Shown: in pieces, positions 1-10,200 of the stretch | Layout: each line of letters opens with the position of its first letter | Position numbering within the stretch: the stretch's first letter is position 1 | DNA from: Macrostomum hystrix | Lineage: Eukaryota; Animalia; Platyhelminthes | Assembly: GCA_950097015.1 (NCBI GenBank) | Contig: CATNEN010000011.1 | Location: forward strand, 4,092,001-4,156,000 | Reading direction: 5' to 3' | DNA: 64,000 nucleotides | Translations under genes and position numbers: made by a program | Notes under the pieces: model-generated | What the model saw: only the letters and a program-made list of their open reading frames with translations | The model's database searches: none | What the model was told of the DNA's origin: nothing

Positions 1-1028
1 GACGAAAATGCGTCAAAATTCAAAAACTGTTTATTGAGTGACTGCATGATCTGTGAGGTTCGAGCCCTTTTTAGTAGAAATAAAGCTAGTTTTTAGCTTT
101 AACGGGTTCATTTACGATAGCACCCGAAACGAATTATAAAAATTTTCCGCCCTTTATAATGAACCAACTTTCAAAGCCGTCCAAGCCAGCATCGTCGAGA
201 TATTCAGCAATTCTTGTCGGATACACTGGTGACAAGGACAACTAGCATTGCTATGCATTAATATTGATGGTAAATCCATATTTGACCAAGAATATAATAC
301 ACATAGACAAAATAATCAAATGCAATAGCCGACCTAGTTACATATTAATATTTTGTGAACTGAAAAAAATATTTCTAAATTGATAGTTTTTGCCATCGTT
401 GAATATCTCGACGGCGCCGATGCTTTGTGATTATTGAAGTTGTTTGATCGGATAATGTGGAAAATTTTCGGATACACCGAACTTAAAAAACTATCGACTT
501 CAAATTGACTCTTGAAACAGGAATATAAGGGATTTTTAGCAGCTATTTTCTTAGAAACTCAATCTTGCGACATTGACGAGAGAAGCAGGTTAACAGGTAA
601 AATGTAAGCTGCAATCCAACCTCTAGTGATAGAACGGTCTTCCGCTCTTGCAAAGTTTTCATTTGAGCATATAAAACACAATTTTTTCCAAACGCGCTCA
701 GTGTTCTCAGATGCACCAAAATAGAAAGGCCACGGCCACGACCAACGGTTCTGAGTTTCCAGGAAGCGCAACAGCCGGATGTGTTCGCAGCCGGATTGGC
801 AAAGCGCATTGTTTGCCATTGTTTGCCATTGTTTGCCATTGAAAGAGAAAGTTGGCTGCGCGGGTACTTGGCTTACCGTTGACATTGATCCATCAAGAAA
901 TATAAAGAAAGCAAACGGAACACTTGCTGCCAAGCAGACTCTTTTGCCTATTTGAGCTGTGCTGGCAGAAATTTCTGGACTTTTATATAGATGCCATTGC
1001 CATTGGCCTGCACAATGGCAATTCTAAC

Positions 1029-1228
1029 GAGCTCGATTCCGCGGCGAGGCCACATTCCTTTGAGGCGCAGCCGCGGAGAGAAGACTTGGGGAACTTGACG
1101 CGCAGTCAATTCACCATTTGAGGGCCAACCTCCAAGGCACAATGAGAGTGTAAACTGCCTGACGATAAGAAAGTCAGGGCAGATGTGCTACCCTGTGTGT
1201 GAGTGTGCTCATGCGTATAATATCTGTG
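1029..1228 (+). mobile_element. SINE family A, 5'-truncated copy
   Basis: Starts at the B-box-like gagctcgattcc and continues with the family-A body (gcggcgaggccacatt...gagggccaacctccaaggcac...aagtcagggcagatgt), matching the full copy at 40096-40476. Confidence 0.75.
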
Positions 1229-1382
1229 TCTCGATGACAAGTCCAGGAAAATATCTAACATTACACCAAGCACCAATACCAATAAGCACCAATAAGGCAC
1301 ATAAAAATGTATTTGGGAATATATGTAATTTAACTAGTAGAGAGATACAGATAAGACCAAAGCAATTTAGCTACGCCACACG

Positions 1383-1435
1383 TACAACACAGCCGCAGCT
1401 TTTGAGCTGTACAACAGTTCAGTCCATGGACTGTA
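1383..1435 (-). mobile_element. SINE family B (CORE-type) internal fragment
   Basis: acagccgcagc...gctgtac...agttcagtccatgga is the reverse complement of the family-B 3' body seen at 9580-9650 and 35805-35870. Confidence 0.5.
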
Positions 1436-1711
1436 CGGCGGCCACACGGCCCCTAATATCTTAAATTGTGTGTCTCAGGGAGGTTTACTTTTGACCACTG
1501 AACTTTGCCTACAGCCAATACAAAAATGCGGTTGGTTTGTTATTACTGCAGCAACAGTCCCTACTATTAGTAGAGTCAGGCGAATAACAAAGCACAACTT
1601 CGACAAGGATGCATAAGCTAATTTACTGCTATTATACTGCATTCCTGCTTGTCGCAAACTTATTTTCTCTAACACACACGCAAACTACTTCTTTGCGTTC
1701 CATGCTTCAAG

Positions 1712-2367
1712 TTAATTATCGCGTCTCCATGGCAACACTGTAGAGACAAATTTATAGCAGTTTTATTGCATTTTACATAGTTCAGAGTGGATAGAGCTGA
1801 ATATAGAGAAGGTGAAAGTTAGTTACGAAGGCCTTGGACCATGGTACGGTCGGCCGCGGTTGTCAAGGCTACAGCGAAAAAATACACAAAACAGACCGAC
1901 AAGGAGCCAGCTACGTTAAAAAAGCAACTCAAGGTATTTGGTTAGGAGTTGCATACAGACAGTGATTGAGTACATACGGTGTGTGTGTGTGTGTGTGCGG
2001 GCGTGCGCTCAGCCTAGCACAGCTGTGCTCACACAAAGATAGTGTTGAACAAGTATAGCACTTGGCCATAAAGGTTGATAATAATTCACTCTGCAACTGG
2101 CAGTGCTGCTTGGGCGATCTAAGCCGATAAGGGGTGTTCTGAAATCAAAGTAAAAAACAAGCTTTTAATCGTTTCAATGCTAAAAGTGCAATTCAGTATT
2201 CATATAATTGTGTCTAGTTGTAGTCGGGATAACTTCGGTATTGCATTCAAATTTTGAACTAAGTTTCGAACTGGTCATTTGTCAGCTCTGAGTTACCATT
2301 AGGACTGGCGCTCTCATAGGCTGCAGCTGAGGCCTGATCGCTTCCTGATTGAGCAGCTCCAGTCTCT

Positions 2368-2441
<74 letters not shown>

Positions 2442-3398
2442 AGACTGACCCTCGCTTGTTGCTTTGGATTCGGCACCGGCTTAAAATATTATTTTTAACA
2501 CTTTTTTCTTTTGATACCATTGCGCTTACGCCTATTCCCTCACAATCTCGTCTTCTCCCCCTTCATCTCACCCTAATTCCTCTCACCCTTCCTCTCACCC
2601 TTCCTCTCAACATAACTCTCACCCTTCCTCTCATTATAACTCTCACCCTTCCTCTCATCATAACTCTCACCCTTCTTCTCACCCTTCTTCTCACCCTTCT
2701 TCTCACCCTTCTTCTCACCCTTAATCTCTCACCCTTTCTCTCATCATAACTCTCACCCTTCTTCTCACCATAACTCTCACCCTTCCTCTCATCATAACTC
2801 TCACCCTTCCTCTCACCCTTCTTCTCAGCCTTCCTCTCGCCTTTCTTCTCACCCTTCCTCTCGCCCTTCTTCTCGCCCTTCTTCTCACCCTTCTTCTCAC
2901 CCTTCCTCTCACCCTTCTTCTCACCCTTCCTCTCGCCCCTTCCTCTCATCATCACTCTCGCCCTTCCTCTCATCATCACTCTCGCCCTTCCTCTCATCAT
3001 CACTCTCGCCCTTCCTCTCATCATCACTCTCGCCCTTCCTCTCATCATCACTCTCGCCCTTCCTCTCATCATCACTCTCGCCTTTCCTCTCATCATCACT
3101 CTCGCCCTTCCTCTCATCATTACTCTCGCCCTTCCTCTCATCATCACTCTCGCCCTTCCTCTCATCATCACTCTCGCCCTTCCTCTCATCATCACTCTCG
3201 CCCTTCCTCTCATCATCACTCTCGCCCTTCCTCTCATCATCACTCTCGCCCTTCCTCTCATCATCCACTCTCGCCCTTCCTCTCATCATCCACTCTCGCC
3301 CTTCCTCTCATCATAACTCTCGCCAAATTTCTGACTGCTAAATTCTGACCTGAAGCGACGGCGCCGTTTCCCGGAGTCTTGCTACCGCCGCAGCCCAT
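1712..3398 (-). CDS. Small putative N-myristoylated/palmitoylated poly-Q protein (~99 aa), 4-exon model
   Basis: Exon 1 3398-3350 reads MGCGGSKTPGNGAVAS with a phase-1 donor (gtcaga). Exon 2 2479-2297 has a phase-1 acceptor (ttttaag) and reads GAESKATSEGQS-Q24-PETGAAQSGSDQASAAAYESASPN, ending at a phase-1 donor (gtaact). Exon 3 1868-1827 (LTTAADRTMVQGL) and exon 4 1737-1712 (LPWRRDN*) are phase-compatible but less certain. It is absent from the ORF track because the exons are short. Confidence 0.6.
2370..2441 (+). repeat. (CTG)24 trinucleotide repeat, read as (CAG)24 poly-Q in a minus-strand exon
   Basis: 72 nt of uninterrupted CTG. Confidence 0.95.
2552..3323. repeat. Polypyrimidine minisatellite (24-bp unit CTCTCGCCCTTCCTCTCATCATCA with 12-bp subunits)
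   Basis: Direct reading; the 8-aa periodicity (MMRGRARV) in the ORF track gives a 24-bp period. It lies in intron 1 of the poly-Q gene model. Confidence 0.95.
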
Positions 3399-3897
3399 GT
3401 CTAGATGAAGCAGAGAGTGTGGTCAGGATCAATCTAGATTGAGCCGTTTGCCAGTTGATTTCCAGCGTTGCAACTTGGAATGTGAATCAATGCTGTCAGC
3501 CAAAGCCAACATAAAAATTATGTACTTTTGATTTTCTAATGCCCTAACAACTTGGCCAATGAAATGCGGTTTTGCTTAGCGCGACTAATGATAGGTTGTT
3601 TGGGATCTGTCGTTGGTTGGGAAAAGTTAATAACCCCCAAACACTTTAGATTTGAAGGTTTTGAAAAGCCCAATGCATGGAGTAACTGAGAGGAAAGTTG
3701 CAGCTGTTTGTCTTTTGAACATCCTGCCACATTCATTTGAGCTGAGCTGTTATCAAAACTCTCCAAGATTTTCTCGGTTAATATTTTGCGTTTTGCGTGA
3801 ATTGAGTAGCTTGATGAGTTTACATTTATTGCTCTGACATTGTGATTTCAAATACCTGCCCTAACATATTCAATGGAGATTTAACACGTGTCTACAG

Positions 3898-4270
3898 ACT
3901 CTCTCTCACGCCAACTCTCTCTCCTACTCTCTCCCACTCTCTCTCCCACTCTCTCACCCACTCTCGCACTCATTCTCTCACCCACTCTCTCACCCACTCA
4001 CTCTCTCACCAACTCACTCTCTCACCCACTCTCTCTCACCCACTCTCTCTCACCCTTTCTGTCTCACCCACTCTCTCACCCCCTCTCTCTCAGCCACTCT
4101 CTCTCACCCTCTCTCTCTCAGCCACTCTCTCTCACCCCCACTCTCTCATCCACTCTCTCACCCACTCTCTCTCACCCACTCTCTCACCCACTCTCTCACC
4201 CACTCTCTCTCACCCACTCTCTCACCCACTCTCTACCCACTCTCTCACCCACTCTCTCACCCACTCTCTC
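3898..4270. repeat. CT-rich minisatellite (~12-bp unit CTCTCTCACCCA)
   Basis: Direct reading; it abuts the truncated 3' end of the LINE. Confidence 0.9.
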
Positions 4271-7075
4271 TGACCCAGATCAAGGAGGCGTAGGTGATGG
4301 CGGGTCTCACCACAGAGGTATAGATCCACCAAAGACGCTTTGGGGATAGACCCCAGGAGGTTCCCAGGGCACGCCGGAGCTGCGCTAGGATCGCAGAAGC
4401 ACGCTGTGCTTTGGCCTTCACGTGGAAAGAACAGTTGAGTCTGTGGTCGAGCATGACTCCAAGACACCTGGTCCTTTGAGCTAAGGTGATGTTCCTTGCC
4501 ATAGAGTTACAGAGGCTTTATGTTCCACCGGATCTTACTGGTGAACATAATGGCAACAGTTTTAGGCTCTGAAAGCCTTAAGCCGTTGTCCTCGGCCCAG
4601 GTCTCAGCTTTGCGGATGAACGCTTACATAAGATCCATGAGCGTGCTAGGCGACGGTCCTGCAACAATGGCAGTGACGTCGTCGGCATACCCGACTTTTT
4701 GTACGGGGTCAGGTCTGGAACTGCTCAGGAGAGAGTCGATGACCATGTTCCAGAGGGTGGGAGTAAGGACTCCCCTGCAGGTAATACTTCGGAACTTCTG
4801 GATCTTCGCCGCCTCGCGAAGGAGGATTGGGTAGATGCCATCAGGCCATCAGATGGGTAACGGCACGAGCAATTAGGTCTTCATTGATGATGTTCGTCGC
4901 CAGGATGTCTCCTTCCAGCAAGTGGTTTGGCTCCATGTTGGCGGTGGGAACCGTTGGGAAGAAACTGCCTAGCATGCGTTGAAGTACTTCCTGCGGTTCT
5001 TTGGTGAGAGAGCCATCATCATTCTTGATCATGGCTAGCTCGGAAATCTTGTCCATGGTAGGCTTGTCTTTGTCTAATTCATCGCAGAATTGTCTCCACT
5101 TACTTTCCTTGGCTTTGCGGATCTCGCGTTTGAAGCCCCTGGAGGCCGAGCGGAAGCTTTCCATGTCCTCCGGCTTACCGGATTTCATGGCACGACGATG
5201 CAGGGTTTTTGCCCTGAGTCGTAGTTTCCCCAACTCTGGGTTCCACCACGGCGCTGAGGATTTTGTAGGCACGGATAGGGCAGGCAGCTTTGAAGGCCGC
5301 AGTAATGCAGCCTGTAAGCTTTTCCGCTCCTGAAGGTGGGACTCTAGGACAGCTTTGTAGGCCGTCCAGTCAGTGTTACGGATGTTGCGTCTCCAAGTGA
5401 TTGGGGATCGCTGATCAAAACCCGCAATATTGAAAGCTACGAAGCTGGTCAGACAAGGATGGTTCGTCGAGCCAGACCCTCCACCCCTCGATGCTATTAA
5501 ATAGCCCGGGGGTGGCCATGGTCGCGTCGAGAAACTCATTCTGCCATTGTTGAAAGTTGGAGTGCTGCCGCGGTTGCAGAGCATGAGATTCGTGCTGGAT
5601 AGAAGAGCGAGAAGCTCCTCTCCTCGTACTGTTAGAGACTGCCCAGTGTTGGTGTTGTTACTGCCCCACTGCTTATGGTGGACGTTGAGGTCACCCCCAC
5701 GATCAGCTCAGCATTCTGGGCTGCCGTGTCTCATCTCTCCCGTGTCTCATCTCACCCGTGTCTTATCTCTCCCGTGTCTCATCTCACCCGTGTCTTATCT
5801 CTCCCGTGTCTCATCTCACCCGTGTCTCATCTCTTCCGTGTCTCATCTCTCCCGTGTCTCATCTCACCCGTGTCTTATCTCTCCCGTGTCTCATCTCTCC
5901 CGTGTCTCATCTCTTCCGTGTCTCATCTCTCCCGTGTCTTATCTCTCCCGTGTCTCATCTCTCCCGTGTCTCATGTCTCCCGTGTCTCATCTCTTCCCTG
6001 TCTCATCTCTCCCATTTCTCATATTTCTACCTTAAATGCGGCCCGCTGTCGTCTTTTAGGTTCCCTCTTTGGCCCTCTAGCTAATAAGTTTGTCGACCCC
6101 TGATCTAAAAGGTCAGTTCTCAGCCAATCCTTGAGGTGGTTGGCGGCGAGGATAGCCGCTCGAGGGCGAAATCAGAAATCAGAGTAGCCGTAAGGTATAT
6201 TTGGCAACTTACCGTTGCGAAGCCAGGGTTCCTGAAGCAGGATGATACCAGGCTTATACAGCTCCTCGATCTTCATCAAATTAGTTGATGCTGATATACA
6301 GTGCTGCAGATTAATTTGTAGGCAGTAAGTGGCTCCTTTTGTTGATGGAGCAGTCATACTGTATTAAATGCAGAGTCTGGCTTGACCTCCAGGACAACTT
6401 AAGAGGACTTGGACAAGAGCGTGTCTTCGTCCCATGTGTCCGGAGGTGAACTGGGAGAGGGGAGGTTGTCAACGTCCATCCCGACGGCGCCCTGGACCCC
6501 GGCGTCAGAGTAGAGGAGGTTTCCTCCGCCTCCACGTCGCCATCCGGGGCGCCCGTCAGAGTCACCGAAGAGAGTTCCGAGTCCGATACGTCAGCTTCCG
6601 CTCCCTCTCCTGCTCCAGGGGACGGCCCGCTTGACGTCCGAGGATCAGCCGATGTCGATGCCTCTGTTGCCGAGCTGTTGCCCTAGGTGTGCCGGTTGCC
6701 TTGGGGCCGACGCTGCGGACTGGCCGCATGCCCTGTTAAGGTCAAAGGGTGACACCTTTCCCTCCAGTCAGGGCTAGGGCCAGTCCAGAGCCTCTGGCCG
6801 ATACCCAGTTCGGCCAGAGGCCCTAGATGGATCATCCAGCGCTGTTGCCCATTCTGTCCGCGGGACGTGTACCCATGGGTCAGCTGACGGTACAGCGTGG
6901 AGTGATTCCTGTACCCGAAGGCACAGGGCTCCTTCCTGCCAAGCCTGCTCAAAAAACGACTGCAGGTGTGAGGCATCGCAGACCTTAGCCCGTGGGCCTG
7001 GACTGACTCATACCTCACAGGCGTTGTGTCCCGCCGGTGCGAGCCTCTCTCACGCACTGACTTAACCACATTGAG
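4271..7075 (-). mobile_element. Decayed non-LTR retrotransposon (APE-RT LINE; R1 group, LOA/Lian-like), internally deleted and 3'-truncated
   Basis: Endonuclease start LQINLQHC...IILLQEPW (6357-6172) and GGDLNVHHKQWGS...NRGSTPTF (~5720-5560). RT motifs GVLTPTLWNMVID and GYADD (~4780-4670). Thumb region CLGVMLDHRL...WGLSPKRLWWIYTSVVRPAITYASLIW (4502-4275). Stops, frameshifts and missing RT subdomains are present. Region 6360-7075 is a probable ORF1/5' remnant. Confidence 0.88.
5725..6102. mobile_element. hAT-Charlie-like non-autonomous element (right end only) carrying a 16-bp minisatellite, inside the LINE endonuclease
   Basis: Ends in tggccctctagctaataagtttgtcgacccctg (TIR = reverse complement caggggtcgacaaact), followed by atctaaaa. 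Positions 5725-6015 are a GTGTCTCATCTCTCCC array. The matching left end plus the same minisatellite occurs at 23273-23548. Confidence 0.65.
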
Positions 7076-7289
7076 TAATTTTATCAGCTGTTTACAGTAT
7101 CATGCATTGATAAAGCAATAGTTTCTATTGCGCAGAGCCATGGCCATAAGAAGGCGTACAAAAGCGTCAAATAAAATATGAGGCGTCGGTGTAAGACCAA
7201 CTTAAAGCCATGAGAAAAAAACTGAGCTGAGCTATTTTGAGAAAAAAACCGAACTTGAATTTATTAGTTCGCCGAATCGTGTCGGCATC

Positions 7290-10200
7290 ATGGCCGAATT
7301 TCGAAGCTTAATTTTCGTTCTCGCTGCAATTCTGCAGTGCGTCATTATACCAGGTATTTGGCAATTTTATATATTTCTTCTAAATAAACTTATAAACACT
7401 AAACTAACATAACAGCCCAATTCATAACTGCCCATTTATGCAGGACTGTTAATTCAGAATGTTACCGTTGGTTCTGGTCAAGATCGGGGTCTAGTCATTG
7501 TAACACTCAGCAATGGTCTAACAGGCAGTGTGTGTCTGCTGAACCCCATGCGTGTGGGCCAGGCTGTCTGCTCTCATCTGCTTGATAGAACTGTGCCGGT
7601 AGCACAGGCCAGCATGTTCACTGGCACAGCGACACAACCTGTTGTGGTGGCTCTAAATGGATGTCCCGACTATAATGTGAGTGGCGCAACTATACATCCT
7701 GTTAGACATATTCACGTCCTGTTAGACATACTCACATCCTGTTAGACATATTCCCATCCTGTTAGACATACTCACATCCTGTAAGACATTACTCACATCC
7801 TGTTAGACATACTCACATCCTGTTAGACATACTCACATCCTGCAAGACATTACTCACATCCTGTTAGACATACTCACATCCTGTTAGACATACTCACATC
7901 CTGTAAGACATTACTCACATCCTGTTAGACATTACTCACATCCTGTTAGACATTTCTCACATCCTGTTTGACATTTCTGCATCCTCTTAGACATTACAAT
8001 TCCGTTAGATATTGTCTCGTCCTATCAGACACCTTCTCTGTCCACCCACAGCCCGTTCAAACGAGCCGCATTGATCTGAACAACGACTGTGTCGTGGTGA
8101 CATCTCCGTCAGCGATTCCCAGCTTTTGCGAGAGTCAGCGCCTGCAGGTGGTCTGCGAACACGTCGAGCTCAGAAACGGTCTCGCGGCTAAACCTAGCGA
8201 GGGTCTGGTGGTCGTGGGTTTAAGTGGTCGTCAGGGCACAGTGTGTGCCACCGGCACCGGGATCAATGAGGCCGCAGCGATCTGTCGAAGTCTCGGCTTC
8301 AAGTGAGAAATTTAGAGCGCGTTTTATTAATGGTAGTTGCAGGGAGGGCTGTGGGCAATGGCACATCATTTGGTGACACTAGACCCGCAGCCAGCGAGGA
8401 GGCAATTCTGCCCATTTCGCTGACTCCTGAGCACACACACACATACGCAGGCATACGGTCACACAGGGATGTTTTCATCTGACTGAATTTCTCATCATCA
8501 GGCAGTGTACACCTTAATTTGCCTGGGAGGTTGGCACTTAAGGGTGTAAATTGCACAACCCGCCCACAAGCCTTCTCTCCGCTGCTGCGCCCCAAATGAA
8601 TGTGGCCTCGCCGCGGAATCTAACTTAATGACCTTGGTGCGGGAGGCAAATACGTTAACCGCTCTGCCACCGACATAAGCGCGTTTTATCTTTGGTTCTA
8701 TTTCATAGTTTAATAAAACTATTGTAGCAAAATCCATAATGTCCCTAGCAACTGACCCATCTTCCAGTCCCCAGCGCTCTTACCCAGTCATCGGTCGCTA
8801 CAAGCCGGACATGAACAACACGGATGAGAAAAATGTCGCTATTCAAGGCCTGAGCTGCAAACTGGGCGACAGGCTCATCAACTGCAGCTGGGAGTCGGTC
8901 ACGAACTGCTTCGACACGCGGAACCAGCTGTCGGTGGCGTGCAGTAACGACCCGCCGACGCCAAGACCCCAGCCGAGTCCCAGTTTGCTCTGCAACCGAC
9001 AGGAGGCTCAGATCTGCTTCAAGAACGAAACCATCGACTCGCCAAGCGAATTGCAGCTGAAGTACAATGTCACAGCAGACAGTAACTGTACCGTCCTCAC
9101 TCGGACAAATAGTACACATGTAAGCAATGTGATTAAAGTGGCCTTTTTATCTGGTAGCAGTAAAACTGCTTGAGGGAAGTTTTGTGAATGATAGAAAGCG
9201 GTTAACACATTTACCTCTGGCACTGAAGTCTCCGAAATCTTACCAGTGGTAATGCCACATTCTTTTGTGGCGCAGTCGTATAGGGGCTTGTTGCGCAACT
9301 ATCGCCCTGAGGGCCAACATCCAAGGCACAGTGAATGAACACTGACTGACATATGTGTGAATGTATGTTCAGATGGCAGCAGAATAGGCATAGGTTGTAT
9401 CCTTGTGGTTAGAGCGTTGCCTCACGACTTGAAGGTCTTGGGTTCGATTCCTGACTCCACTGGAACAGTTTGTGTCCTTCGGCAAGACACTTCACTGCAT
9501 TGCTTCAGTTCACCCAGCTGTTAAATGGGTACCAGCGTTAGCTGGGGTCATTGAGGGTGCGTGTGACATCCTCTTAGTCCACGGACTGAAAAGCTGTACG
9601 CAGCCTTCAGATGCGCTGCGCAATTGCTGCGGCTGTGCTGTCGGCTGCACATCTGTCCCGATTGGAGCAGGTGTTGTCAATTATTATTGCTTGTACTCGT
9701 ATTATTATTAATTATTATTATAGAATAGGCAGAATTGCGTCTTGCTGGCTGGCTGCAGGGATACTTTCACAACATGAAATGCCACTGCTCACAGCTCAAC
9801 AGGAAAATTGTTAGCTTTTTCGACTATTTGGCCGAAACCGTTTGATAATATACAACTAAGAAATAAAGGACTTAAGTAAGCACACAGGTACGTGTGAGAA
9901 ATTCTGCAATCCAAAATCTAATACGCAACTTGAAATCCGCAGCTGTGTTTGGACGTGAAAGACTACCAGACGTGCGCAGCTAAGTGGGATGATTCGCACC
10001 CGGGACATTGGATTTACCGCCTACTGGTGTACTTTTTCGGCAGGCAAGATCACAACGGCAACCTTATCAACCCAGCACAGTATTTCCATCTTTACTGCCG
10101 CTTCGCCAAGGAGTCCTTGGCGACTGGACGCTCCATCGCTCCAGAATTCACCATACCGCCTACTGAAATTGAAGGTCACGCGGGCGCTAATACCGCTGTA

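Noticed and set aside
543-933. Minus-strand ORFs of 98 and 124 aa
   Set aside because: No recognisable domain, partly extended by a (GTTTGCCATT)3 repeat, and no phase-consistent exon chain was found.
2563-4349. Long ORFs (233, 122, 143 and 153 aa) over CT-rich repeats
   Set aside because: They are stop-free translations of minisatellites, open in several frames, with no splice or codon evidence.
5547-6103. Plus-strand ORFs with PCLISPVSHL repeats
   Set aside because: Translation of the 16-bp minisatellite inside a MITE.
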